Of a stretch of 64,000 nucleotides of DNA, positions 37,524-51,575 are shown one piece after another (position 1 is the stretch's first letter; each line of letters starts with the position of its first letter). The DNA is from Camelus ferus. Lineage: Eukaryota. The notes under the pieces were generated by a model. That model saw only the letters and a program-made list of their open reading frames with translations. It was not told the DNA's origin and made no database searches. The stretch is from the NCBI RefSeq assembly GCF_009834535.1, contig NC_045697.1, forward strand, positions 94,056,001 through 94,120,000. Reading direction: 5' to 3'. Made by a program: the position numbers and the translations under genes.

Positions 37524-40500
37524 CTCAAGGAGTTATTGAAGCCTACAGTCTTGGAGTTCTAACCTGTTTAGTATGCAGGTGATCTTCTGGATACAGAACA
37601 CCAGTGGTTAGCTTTTGCTTTTCAGTGTGTCAGATGCATTTCAACTCCTTCTGAGTCTGCAATTCCTGTTTTTAATCTGCTGTTTGCTTTGACATAGAAG
37701 CAACTGAATTATGTTAGGGTAAATCAGATCATCAAGTATATTAAATAAATAGCCAAACCTTTACACACAGTTTCTAAATCATGTGTATTTTGTGTCTCTT
37801 TCTTAAAATAACCTCAAAATTGTGCTATTAGTATTTTATTTACCAGCCCAGAAGATTTTCCACTTATTTTCATGGTTTAGCTATCTGAGGTTTTAGTTAA
37901 ATTATTCTGAAATCTTATCCCTGTTTCAGTAGGCTATTAGTGGTTAAAAAATTAGATACACAGCTATATGTTTTTTAAATGAAGGTCTTACGAATTTATT
38001 CTTAGGTTTTTCCAATCTTTTACTGTTGGAATTTCTACTTGGTTTTCATATGAAAGACGAAGTTGTGCATGTCACTAGTAATTGACTTAATAATATGATA
38101 CAATGATGTTGTTGGTTGTAAATAGGTCTATACAGACATAATACCCGTATACTTATAGAAATAACCAATCCCATTCAAGAATTTTCCATGTCTCTACTTT
38201 GAAAATTAATGCTAATTTCAACCTTACAGGAAAGTAACTAATTTGATTTGTTTATAAGGTCATTTTGAAGGAAACTACTTGAAATACAAATATCTAAATA
38301 TCCATAAATATTACCAGCTCCATAATTTTCAAAGAAATAAAAGGAACCATTCATTCTTTAAAGAAGCATATGGATATCTTGTTAGAATTTAGATACCCAT
38401 AGTAATGGTATTTGTCTAAGTTAAATGAAAGATCCTTTGTCTTTATTAAAATAAGATGTAATTGAATGGATTGTCTTCAAAAGGAATTGCAAGGGTACTT
38501 CTTTATTACCAATGTAAAGAATGTGACTTTTCAAATAGTTGTGGAACAAATCACAGGGTCTATATATTAGCAGATTATGATAAAGCATTCCAGAAAATTT
38601 GTCAATGATATTATAAACATGAAGAGAAATATATGTTAGAGTTCCACTTCCTAAATATATCGCAGTCTAGGATCAGTGCATTTAAAACATAATTCAGTCT
38701 CTAGACTTGATTTTAATATACCCTGGAGGCACGGGGGTTTTGTTTGTCAAAAAGAGCCTGGTATGGTGGCCAAAGTGTTCTGGGTAGTGTCTTGTCCTAT
38801 TATTTGTTCCCCCTCAGGGAAAAATCTGTTATACCTACAAGGCATAATTTTTTACATTTCTAGATAAGTTTTGAATACATCCAGTCGGTCTATAGAATTC
38901 TATGCAAGTACATTTAAAACAATATTTTAACATAAAAGTTTAATTTTTTAGCATTTAAAAAACCAGATATTTAGAATACTGACAATTCTTTTATCTAGAA
39001 GATTACCATGTATTTTTAGATATCTTTCTTCAATCAATTCAGAGAACGATAATAATCAAATTGTCTAATTAAAGGAGTTAATATAATATACTGGTTTCTG
39101 TTGTAGATTTCAAAGTATTCTTAATTAATATAATTAATTAGAGATAAAGATTTCTAAACCAAATAAAATTGAGTTACTATAATTACACCTACCCTGTTAA
39201 AAATATTACTGGTAGCTGACACAGTCACAGTAACCCATAGAGTAGATATTTCCTGGTGAACCAGTTGTAAATGTACTGTTGCTTTAATAAGAAGGTCGTT
39301 TGAAATTACACATATATTTACATGCACACAAACACAGAAAGCTATATAGGAATATCTAAAACCTATGGATCCTCTGTCTAGAAGGAACTCGGGGGACTTA
39401 CTTCCTCATACAAATCTTTGCAAGGGTAATGGTATTCTGTTGTACTGTGAACTGTACTTGCAGACAAACAGAAGCAAGGCTGTTAAGTCTTTTAATTAAC
39501 AACAAAATGTGGTTTAAAAATAAACTCTGAGCAAGAATAAATTTTGAAATTTCACAGGTAGTAAATTCAGGGCTTTGCACAGTGCATCAACTCTGCTTTC
39601 TCTTGAGGGTAACTTCCAGCTGATAAAATTAATTCTTTCTTTGCACACATCATTCTTAGTGAGGAAATGAAGTCCAATGCATTTTTATTCCATGGCATCA
39701 AATTGATATACAGTCGCTTTGCAATTGAATAATAGCAGTATTGGTAACGAGATTCTTAGGCAAGATGGTGACTATTTAAGGGTGCCAGAGTTGCTATAGC
39801 TAGAAGGTGTATTAAGAGAATATTATGCTCAATATGTTTGTCTCCTGTCTTAGAAAGGACCCATTTTACTCATTAATTGATGTATATGTTTTAGTCTACG
39901 AAACTACACTTACCAATTTCTTATCTCTTAAAATACCCATAGATTTATCTTTTAATTTAATAGACATTTATTAATTGCAAATTATGTTGTGAGCATTGCA
40001 TACATATATGGACTAAACTGAAAATACACACATGGCTTTACTACATATTTCTTATGTGAACAGTCTGAAGGGTTATATGAGTCATTTATTTCACAAAGTT
40101 TGCTCTCTAAAAGACTAATCAAATTTACATATGAGAAGCACCTCCTCCAAATAAACTCTTGTTTTCTAGATATATTCTATAATCCCTTAATTCTGTCAAG
40201 CTAGAATAAAGAGGCATACTGCTTGATGACAGGAAAAAAGGAAATTTAACAAGAGGATGGTGTGAACATTATAAAATAAATATAAGAACTCAAGTTTATG
40301 CTGTACTGAGCAACTACTATTGGACAGAAAAACAATCTATATCATACTAACAGAAAGCCTTCAGTCTTTATAATTCATAATAAACCACAGAATGTAATCA
40401 GTGTTTTTTTTTTTACCATATATATATTTAAACAATTTTTGTGAGGAGGTAAACATTTATAATATGAGCAATATACAACTATATTTTAAAAAATAAAAGC

Positions 40501-43500
40501 ACATATAAAGGTGTTCAAGTAGAAGATAAAAGATAAAGCAGTGACCCACTTTTAATAGTTAACACATGCTCATTTCTGAACTTTAGGGTTAAACAGAAAA
40601 AAAAGTCCTTTAGAGACATTTTTGAAGATTCTCTTCAAAATGGTTCAAGAATAAGACAGAGGAAAGTTAAAAGAATGATTATTCAGCTGGACTGAGCTCT
40701 AATGGGGGCTTGCTTTTAAATGATCTTTCAGTTTACGATATGCTTTCACACGGGGAACAGAGAGCAGGTGCTTCTGACTTCCACAAGGGGAACGGGCTGA
40801 AACTCTCCTACGCTAGATTCACTTGACACACACAGTGTCCTGACCGGGAGGCTCGTTAAACATTTGAATGAGCTCGGAATCCATTACTGATCTCAGCCTC
40901 TAGAAGTTTTTCACTGTAGTGGAGTTTCAATCATCTGGGTTATCTGAAGGCTGTTCTTTCTTTTAGCTGCAGAAGTAAATAGATCACTTCACCAGCTTTA
41001 TTTATTATTTGAGCTCCTGTGGTTTACACAGTCATAAAGGATAAAAGGTATTATGCTTCCTGCTCTGTAAATAGAGGAATGTGAATTTTCCAATAATCCA
41101 ATTGTCATTTTCATGTATTATACAAAATTATTTTTCACCGGACTATTATTAAGCTATAATATGTGAAATAAATGGAATATCAGTAATGCTGTTTTTCAAT
41201 TATTTTTGAGACATACATGTTTACAGTCATTCTTAAGTCATTCATCAAAATTTTTAAATGTTCCACAGTTTAATATTATACTTTACAAATTGCCAAAGGC
41301 AACAACAGGATTCTACAATATAAGGAAAAATGTGAATCTTGGAACTTTTATTAAAATTGTATGTGTATGCTGAAAATATACATACATAAATGTTAAATAT
41401 ATACATATACATATATATGCTAAATTATAAAAAGGTAGGTATTTGAATCTCTTCTCCATTAAGAGTAATTTTTCATCTGTAGTTCAGACAGTAAGATAAA
41501 CGTCTTAAATGTAACATTTCTGACTTACCATGAAGAATAAATGCAGTGACTGAATAAATAGAGGTATAAAGGGATACTAATCCTCCTTTTCCTTTTCCTT
41601 TTCATTTGACTGAAAATAGAATATTTCATTCATATCAAGCGACCAATTCCCTACACCTGCTGATGAATAGCTAGGGAAAAATGCATTTGTGAAATGGAAA
41701 GGAAAAGCAGAAATTCTCCAACTCTGCTTTGACAACGCCAAAACATGTATACGCTATCAGAAAGCCTAGAGATTCAATGTATTTGACCCACACTCTAGCC
41801 TGAAATGCTTCAACAAATGCATAGTTCACACTGTGGAATAATTGTCCTTGGTACAGGCTCTAAAATGTTAGAACATTGATTTCCTTTTATATTTGTGTGC
41901 TGCTTCTCCAACATTAACCCTCACAGCCCCCAAAGAATAATGATTATTCAGTATTTAAACTCACCTCTCAAAAGCCTTGAAACAAAATGTCTGTGGCTGT
42001 AATTTTAGTAATAATATAACATTTTATTTTCTCTGGTTTGTCTAGCAATCCTTAACATTGGGAAATTGTAGCTTTTCAAATAAAGTAAATCTTCCCCCTC
42101 CATTCTAATTTGTTGTGACTTTCAGCCTCGGCCCTTATACTTGTCCTATTCAGATTTGCATTTCCTGAATTAAAAGTTAGGCGGGGAGTGGTCAGTTTAA
42201 TGCAGGGCACGTATATTATTCAGACAACTATGGGAATGGATGCACTTTAAATAAAATCAGTGCACATGTCACCCTAAGCAGTAATAAAATATATTTTAAG
42301 CTTATGTTTATATTTCAGATGTTGAGTATACTGTAGACTAAGCTTCTGTGTCCCTGTAACTGTGAACCATTTTAATAACACAACTTCTTTTCGTATTTTG
42401 ATTAAATCAAATGAACATACTATCTATGCTAATAGCTTTTTACTGATTTAAACATGTGTTAGGTTGACTTATTTCTGCATTTATACTAAGATGCAGCTTT
42501 TCAGTATATTAATTTTTCACTCAGTGAATTAGTTTATAGGTTGAGTATGGGTAACACCTGAATCTCTTTTGTTTCTGAACTACTAGAATGATGTTTCCTA
42601 TAAATCAGTATTTTCTTTTCTTTTTTTTTTTTTGATTGTTAAATCAATATTTTCTGATTTATATTGTTTAAGAAAAAACTTCAACCTGTAAGTAATATCT
42701 CCAACTTATTTTGAGAAGTAATATTACGTATAGGGTGATGATATTTTCTGGGTTGTCCAGAAAAGTACAAGATTATGTCTCGCATCATTGTTAATAGTGC
42801 TCCCTCTCAGTCACATAATTGTTCAGTTTAGACAGTATATTATTTGGTGATCATAATTATTGTTCCATTTCATTTTATAAACCTGAATTTCTATGATGGC
42901 TAAATATTTTGATTTACTGAAGAATTTTAAATCTTAATTGCTATAAGGAAAATATAAATTATTTATCAAGATTTTCATGGAGCAGAGAGTTTGAATTCAA
43001 GGGCAAAGGAAAATAGGATTTGATTCTTTTAAAAGAGTGACGTTTCTATTTGCTTGCAGAATATTCTCTGTAGCATTATGACCAGGTAAGTTATAATAGC
43101 TACCGTGTAGTCCCTTGTAGCAAACTAATTTTATAATTCTTGATATTATAAAGCAAATTATGTTTTGATTATTTTCAATACTGGTCACTACACAGACCAT
43201 GTATATATTCGTTTTCACTTAAATTTCTGTCAGTGGAGGTACCTGACTTTTACAATTTTAATTGTTGTGTTTCTGCTAAAAGGTGAACTGATGAAGGAAT
43301 GCTTAATGGTCTGGTCAGAAACTGAGATAATTAGAGATAAAATTAAGAAAAATATATACCTAGAAAATCTACTTGAAATAAGTGGAAGTACCGTAGGAGA
43401 GGGATTGAAATGATCAGTATGTTCTTAAGCTAAAATAAAAAAGCCACTATTCACTGGATGGAAACAATTAAGTTATGCTATTTAGGGTAGTTCTTATTTT

Positions 43501-44445
43501 TAATGAAATATACATATATGTGATTTTTAAAAGATCACAACTGAACTATCTTGATTTTTAGCACATTTGTATTATACATCTCTTTTGTGCCTAATACTGA
43601 ACTAGAAGATGCAGCTTCCTTCATGTGCACATGGTCAGATATTACAGAAATTACAAAGATTATGAATAGGTGGGAAGAGATATCCTTTACCACTATAAAT
43701 ACATAAAATATTTAAAACCATAAATTCCAAATGATTGAATTTGGACATTCTGCTTCATGATTCAATAAGTTTTAAAAGACTGGACCAAATTCAATAATAC
43801 CTTTTACTACCCTTCACCTGTTTCCTCTTTAGGAAAAAAACAAGTTCCTTTTGGGGATAAATCTATTTTTTTAAAAAATTATAGGCCATAAAAAATCCAG
43901 TTTTTATATAATTCTAAAAAATAGATAAAATAAACCCATAAAATGTTAACCATTCTTTAATTTTTTTAACTGCATTAACACTTTCTGGAACAGTTTTCTC
44001 TATTATATATAGATTAAACATAATTAATTTAGAACTTATTAAATTAAATATATAACCAGTAATTCATAGATATTCTGAAGACTTATTCCAGAAACGTAAG
44101 GGCCACAGATTTTTCTTCTACTCTGATTGTACATAAGTAGTGAAGTAGGGATTGATTTTAAAAAGTTGATCTTCACATAATTGGTGTTCGATGTATAAAG
44201 TGCACATTTCCCACGCAAAACCAATTTGCATAAATGTCAAAATTGTCATTTTGAGAAAGCCAAACAACAGAATGACTCTGACTATTAGAAACCAAGGTGA
44301 CACGAAATATTTCGCCACTACTTGGGTCTGGTACGGACGGACAGCTTGTTCACACTGTATTTGCTTCTTTTGCAAAAATGTGTCCTTCTAAACAGCAAAA
44401 GTCAGGCTCTTTTTCTTAGAGTATTTTTTTTTTTCTTTTTCACAG

Positions 44446-44465
44446 CACGGAAAAGGATATGCTAG
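44446..44465 (+). CDS. PCDH10: PCDH10 terminal coding exon 5: (T)RKRIC-stop
   Basis: Strong acceptor tttttttttcttttcacag|CA CGG AAA AGG ATA TGC TAG. The phase-1 join gives ...PPYLTRKRIC*, the recalled C-terminus of the long isoform. Total CDS of 3117 nt is divisible by 3. Confidence 0.93.
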
Positions 44466-45175
44466 TCAATTCTACAGGACTTACCTGAAGCAGCATGATT
44501 TGCACAAAGTCGACCAACAAAAGCATCAACTTTTCAACTTCATTATCTTGGCCATCCAGTTAGTTGTGTGTAACTGAGTATCAGATTGCCAACGGAGTCA
44601 TCGTGGCCAATTATAGGACCTAATTGCTCTCAGCAGGCCTGAGAAATGAGTTGAAACGTGCAGAACTGTGGAAACTTTAGGCAACTGATTTTGCCTCTCC
44701 GATCAGTGTGTGCCTGTTTACAGGACTATATATCTTTCTCTCTCCAAATGTCACTGAGCCCTTTAGATGTTTATATTCACCACAAGAAGCCAGTCATAAA
44801 GATAAAGGAAATTTGTGCATTACAAATGCAATATCACTGTTTTAAACTTGACTGTTTTATATTATTTTTGTGTGATCAAGTGTTCCCCAAACTATTCCAC
44901 CTTTACAAGAGAGATTGTGATTATGTTCTTTTCACCTGTGGGCTATAAAAAATGTTGTATTCCGAAGACCCACAAAATATCAAAGACATTCTGTAGTTTA
45001 TACACCGTGTTGCAAAGTGTTTACTGTACTATTTCAAAGCTTCTAAATAAATATAAAATATATATATATATTATATTATATAATTTTCCTAAAATGTGGT
45101 ACAACTCAGTTGGTTTTTAAATGGATTCATACAGTCCACATCATACAATAAAGTGAAAGGTAATTCAGGGTCCCA
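44466..45175 (+). other. PCDH10 long-isoform 3' UTR (proximal part) with poly(A) signals
   Basis: Follows the stop at 44465. AATAAA at 45046-45051 and 45147-45152. Further AATAAA near 45735 and 46420 could extend the UTR. Confidence 0.65.
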
Positions 45176-48100
45176 AAGATAAACTTAATAAGAAAAAAAC
45201 AATCATTAACAGTTTCCTCCCAGTTTTCATATCTCATTCAACCCTGTTTTTCCTTGTTTAAAAGAAAATGAAGCTCTAAGCTACAAAATTTTGTCAAGAA
45301 CTCATACTGAATTTTCAATGCCAAAGATATAGCTGTCGACGTTATCACAGGAGCACTGAATATGTACTATCAAAATATCTAACAATCTACGTTGTTTCGA
45401 TTCTATTTCTATGGCTTTGAATTTAGAGTCATTTAAAGCTTTTATAAGGAATCTATAAACTCACCTGTATTTGTTGCTAGGAAAAAAAGAAACACTGGGT
45501 GTCTGTACATTTTGTGGTGTAAAATATGTAACTGAAAATTACTATTTTAAGAAGTCCTCAAACATGTCACTCACACAGAATTTTATTTTACGTAGTTTTA
45601 CATAGTTTTGTGACTTCTAATAACTCATGCATATAAAAATCTATAACTCTATATGAATATATAGAGACATAAATATTTGAACTGGTAAAGAATAACTATA
45701 AGATATAAAGGATCTCTAAATTTAAAACAAATTAAATAAATTTGGAGATAGAAACATGGTACATTACTGCTTCAGTATTATGTGTGGAAATTTTATAGCT
45801 TAAATGTAGTCAGTATCTTATTAAGGAGAAAATTCTTCATGAGTCAGGCTTGAAAAGTGAAGCTTGCCTTTTTCCTTTATGTCAACAAGGTTAATTATTA
45901 AATTCAGTAAGATGCATTTTCCTTCCTTTTACATATTTTCCTTTTTGCAGACTGTTATTTACCGCTTGTTGAAATACAATTTAGACAGGGAAAAATCAGA
46001 TTGTGAGATAATCTTCTAAGCAAAACCCAGATTTGTCACAGCTCTCCTCTAAAAACCCCTTCAACGTTATATCTAAATGTTTGCCCAACTCAAATTACAG
46101 GCTGATTTTGAAATATTTCCCTTAATTTTTAACTTATGTTCAATGATAGTTTGAGCTGTGCTATGTTATTAAAGAACAGACTAAAACTTAACACATAGCG
46201 AATGTTTTCCACCTAATTTTATGCCATTTAAGTGGGAATATGTTCCTAGATTTAACATTAAAATGCATATATATATTCCTAGGACCTCGATGTGTATATT
46301 TGAGTGATATCTTGGTATCACTTATCTGACTTATCAAAGTAGGTATTAATATGTCATTATCCCAATCAATTTATGTATCAGCATGTGTGTAATGTTCCAG
46401 TCTTTTGGGGACCCTTTAAAAATAAATGATGCTAATCCGTCATGAATGACACAGAAAGCACATACCTTCACTAGGTGCAGCAGTAAAATTTTCTCAAACT
46501 TTTGGCATTACTACATTCGTATTTTGAATGATGGACTAATTTAGTAACGAGATGTTTTTATATAATTTAACTGGGAAAAAAGTCTATTTGTTGCAATTAC
46601 TTTTCAAACAAGAAGCTTATTTTCTTGTTGAGTCACTCTGCTTTAATTAAAACCTTTCACTCATCATTTTACAATTATGGGGGGAAAACACATCCACCTG
46701 CCTTCTTACATGCATTGAAAATAAGGTTATACTCACTTCATATGTAATAGCTATATTAATTAATTTGACTTAAAGAAATTTACTTAGTAAATTAGTCCTT
46801 TATATGATTGTAATTTCCCTTGAACAAGCGTCTCATACCATATATTTATGTATTCTTTTTTAGTATATTGTAGTAACCAGTTATATTAATTTACATTTTA
46901 GTTCTTAAATATTATCATCAATCTACAAAAACTGAAAACAACAAATAGAATTATTTAAATCTAAAATACTAATGATTTTAGGACAAATAGAATCTGTGGG
47001 ACAAAGAATTATTTAAATATAAAATACTCAATAATTAGGTTATTAATCAACTATCTATTTTATTGCTAATAAATCAGAAGTTACAAAAGAGTAAGAATAT
47101 GATTTTATTAAATTGGCTAAAATGTTACCTACCAATGCAGGGGACTGTAAGATGGAAAGATGCAACCAAACAATAATGAAGTTCAACTTAGTCTACTCAT
47201 CTTAATAGTCAACCTTCCACAATTTTATGCATATCAAAGAAAAATAATATCCAAATTATTAGGCAGTATTTCATCAGTTAATTTTTTCAGAAAAGAATAA
47301 TCATGACATTTACTCCTTGTTAACATGGTTAGTTTTAGAGTAGTAAAAAGTCAAAATGTTTTCCTGTGGAAACAGTGTCTTGATGTTTCAAAGGTATGTC
47401 AAATGACAATTTTTAGAAATATTTCATCCATATGTAAAATTCTAATTTTTAACTTATGAACAAAATTTTGTGAAATCATTTGAAATCAAATACTTAAATA
47501 CCACATCAGAACTACTTTGCAGATATAATGATGTCTGTATCATGATAAGTGTATCATCTTTCTCAAGAAACTCTAAGGAAATATGTACATTTTATTTTAT
47601 GAAGATATTGAATGCAATGCCTTTATCAAACATTGCAAGTTAAGTGCTACAGTAGAGGATTTAAATATTTTAATTACTTTTTTCTCCTGTTTCATTTCCT
47701 AATAGTGTTATAATTTGCTGTCAGATCTTTTGAATTGTAGAAACCCTCCTGTATCTTCCGGAAAAGGAGGAAAGGAAATCCTCACAGTTCTTGACATCAA
47801 CTTTAATAACTGTGCATTAATGGTACCATTTTACCTTCCAAATGTTATTTACTGGAGTAAAGTTCATCTTTAATATAATTATTCAGTCAAAATGTTGCAA
47901 ATGTTAAGCAGGATAAAGAAAATTATTCATGTTACTGACTGATAATAGCACTATTATTTGTCACTGCGTGTATTTTTTTCTCCCCTTCATATTTCTACAT
48001 GTGAGTTTAATACCCAAGGAATTCAAAAATACTGAAAACACTGGTAGACTTGAGATTTTTTCTGAAAATCTTCTATTTTTCATATTGCAGTTTCTTGGGT

Positions 48101-49899
48101 TCTTTATCTTTTTCAATTCTAATTTTGTAGTGGTAAAGGCTTTGCACTTAACATCCTTTTTATGTTCCTTTTTAACAAGGAAAAACAGAAAATGACAAAA
48201 TCCATATTTTTTATGCCATGGAGTAGTAAAATTATTTTATATATTGTTAGTGTTTCAAGGAATAGCCCTCTGCTAGGTCAAACAAAATCCTTACACAGTA
48301 ATTTGTGAAACTACTGTTCAGTAGAGTATTTTTTTTTTCCTTCTGAAACTTGGTATAGGTTTTAGATTATAGCGTTCTATAAGAATGCCGGTAGATGGGT
48401 GCCGCCAGAGTATTGCAGGCAATAATATGATTAAAATTCTAATACCTTTAGTGTGCATGCATGTATTTCTAACCACTGCTATTTTTTAAGTATTTGTAAA
48501 ATTAGAAAAATGGCTTTTATTTCTTGAAAACTGGTCACATGTTGAGTTTGAAGTTTTACACTCCAGATGTTTTTGAGTTGCAAGAAAATGTTGCATTAAG
48601 GATGCAAAAAAAATGAAATTTTCACATGAGACTCAAAAATTTCTGAATGATAGAACTCAGACTTCCAATACATCCATACATCCTTGAGCTGAACGTAAGC
48701 AGGGGATTCAGCTCTAAACACATTTTTTTGAGACAGTTATCTGTGAGTGAAAACAGGGTATTATAACAAAAGATGAGTTTAAATCTTAACTATAGTGTTT
48801 GTTACTGTGAATGCTATAATACTACATAAGTAAAATGAGTGTAAATGTAATATATTATTTTATACTGCTGTATACATATGAACTCAATAAACTAGGATAC
48901 ATATTATGCCATTTTTCCATGCATGGATCTTCCACTGATGCCTGTGGGAGCTTTGAATAAAAATCAGTGGCAAAATATGGCCCTAAGTTTAAAAACAACT
49001 AATGCCGATTTAGTAATTTTAGTCTTAATATAACAGGTCTAAGGGGACATCTGTTCAAAACTGAGTCTCATTTGAAGCAACATATGCTAGGTTGAAAGGA
49101 TTTCACTGTATTTATAGTTTTGAAAGCAGGCATTTAGTTCCATATGATTCTCATGATACCCGCAATGAATATTTTAAATATATATTTTTTCCACCTGATG
49201 TTATATTTTCTTTTTAATTTTTAAGTCATAGTAATAGCAAGGGTCTACAAGGATAAATACAGAGATTGTATATAGCATTTGAGTGCCTTCAAGCAGTAAA
49301 AAAAAAAAAATTTTATTTAAAATTTTAAAAACAAATTTTCATTTTTAAGGTTGATGGAAACTTTAAAAAAAATCACATGGGTATCATTTTCCAAGAAGAT
49401 ATGAATTAAGGATCGACTTTTCTATAATGTAAAAATAATCTGAAGGAGTCTTACAGAAATTTACTTTCTGAAATAGCTAAAAGTAATAGAAGAAATGTAT
49501 GCTTCTTAATCTCATGTGTGGTTTGTATAATTTATTTTCTTGAGTTCAAACTACACATATCTGGACAGAGTTTCATTTTATGAAGCAATAGGGAGAAGAT
49601 TAGGTCTTCGAACATTTAATAAAGCCAACCCTATGCTGGAAAACAAGTGAATAAAATATACAGGAATGATAGTCCTTTTACTAGTATCTTTTCTGAGAAT
49701 CATATGAACTCTTCTATTTAAACAAGATTATGAATTTTCAGAGGTAAAATTAAATTTTATTAGATTACAAACATACATTAAGATTTGACAATCTTAGGAC
49801 ATGGAACGTTGGAGCATCTGCTTTCAAGAAAATTCTAGTTTGCTTTGGGAACCAAAGAAATTATAGGAGTATATTAAATAATAAAATGATCAAATAATT

Positions 49900-50156
49900 A
49901 AGTGATCAAAATTTGTGGTTGAAACCCAACAGTGGGTCATGAGAGCAATCCACTATATTAAAACAATAGCTTAAAATAAAAAATAAGTCAATAGAATAGG
50001 AAAAAAGTAGAATAGAGAAGTCTCAAAATACATCATTTATGGTAAAAGCCAATAGTTCTTTGTGAAACATTTTTTCAGGTACATGTGTGAAATAGGTCAC
50101 AGTGTGAAATGTATTTCTTACTGTGAATCATTGCCCTAAATGTTCGAAAAGCACTG
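49900..50156 (+). mobile_element. hAT-Charlie DNA transposon remnant (Charlie4-like)
   Basis: Terminal aaatgtatttcttactgtgaatcattgccctaaatgttcgaaaagcactg and internal cccaacagtgggtcatga resemble the recalled Charlie4 ends. Confidence 0.55.
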
Positions 50157-50221
50157 CACCATACGATCTCTATTTCAAATTTAAACTTATTTAATGCTGT
50201 CGAAGGACTGGGAAGATCTTT

Positions 50222-50380
50222 TTGAAAAGTTACTTCACATCTGAATCTCAGTCTTCACCTTTGTAAAATATGGAGCAGTACTCTTAGTTGTAGAATTCTT
50301 GTGAGAATAGGTGAACTGATGTATGTGAAATGCATAGCACAATGCTAACACACTCTAAGTGGTATATTATATTATTAATA
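50222..50380 (+). mobile_element. MIR SINE fragment
   Basis: aagttacttcacatctgaatctcagtcttcacctttgtaaaat...ttcttgtgagaata...atgtgaaatgcatagcacaatgc. Confidence 0.7.
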
Positions 50381-51548
50381 TTATTTTCCATTACCTTATT
50401 CTTGGTTACCTAACATATGGAATACAATCTGAGAATGGAAATAACTCCTTTCTTAAAATTCCAGACGGCTTTGGAGTTGTATTTAAGTAGTGTTCATTTC
50501 AAAACCTCAAGATGAAAGTAGACTTGATTTTGGTATCTAGTCATCAGCTCAGTCCATCTTTGCCTATTTATTGGTGGTGTGGAGTCCAGGAAGTCAAATC
50601 TCAGTTGCTGAAGTCCAGTCATCTCCTTCAATTCCTTCCTGAAAATCTCAAGTCACCCTCTATCCCTACTAATGAAAAATATATATGTATGATTGCACTA
50701 GGACATATTTACCTGATTTTTTGGCCTGACCCTGATGTGCTTTTTGAATATCTTTCAATTACCATGCAAATAAATGTTGGTTGGAATTACACATATTTGA
50801 CAGAATCATACTTTTTGCATATGACTTATTATATTATAAAAATTAATGTGGGCAGTATTCACTATCTGCTTGATAGAAATCGGATTTCTTTTCATTTTAG
50901 TGGTTCTAATAGTAGACTTCTTAAAGTTGCCATTTCTTAGCTTGGAAGACTCTGTTCTCTAGAGTTGCCCTTTGGCTGTGCAAAAAGTTTAAGATTTTTT
51001 CTCTTTCTTTTTAATCTGTTGAAAGTTTTATGTCTTTGTCATGAAAAATAGGATTTAAATTTATCAGCTGAAATAAGGAAGTTCATATTAATCTTTGACT
51101 AAATTAACGTGTCTAAGGGAACATTTATCATTTAAAGAAAATTTATTAATCCATGTAAAAATGTCTATTGAGAAAATTGTGTAGATGAAGATATTTTTTA
51201 TCTTATTTCTCTTAAGTTATGTACTTTTGAGAACAGCTCATAATCAATGGGCAACTCCTCAACCAGTCAACCTAGGAGGAAGGGACATTTCATTAGCATT
51301 GCCATCACCTAATCTGGAACACAATCCCCATTCCCTCCCTCCCCTTGCCAGTGCAAGTGACTCTTCTTTAATTATGACAAAGGGAAGAAAACAATTGTCA
51401 ACATGGTGAGTTGCATAAACATGAAATTCTGAATTTTATTCTAAAAGTATGAGATTTCTGTCATGCTCAGTTGTGTTTCCTAATTAATAATGGAGTGTAC
51501 GACCGCTTTCTGTTTTCTGGCAATTATTTCTCTCAAAAAATGGTATCC

Positions 51549-51575
51549 GTGTGTGTGTATGTGTGTGTGTGTGTG
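51549..51575. repeat. (TG)n microsatellite; shorter (CA)n tracts also at about 8458-8474 and 9058-9073
   Basis: Directly visible. Confidence 0.9.

Noticed and set aside
48387..48404. CTCF-like motif CCGGTAGATGGGTGC
   Set aside because: Mismatch at a core position, and unsupported without ChIP data.
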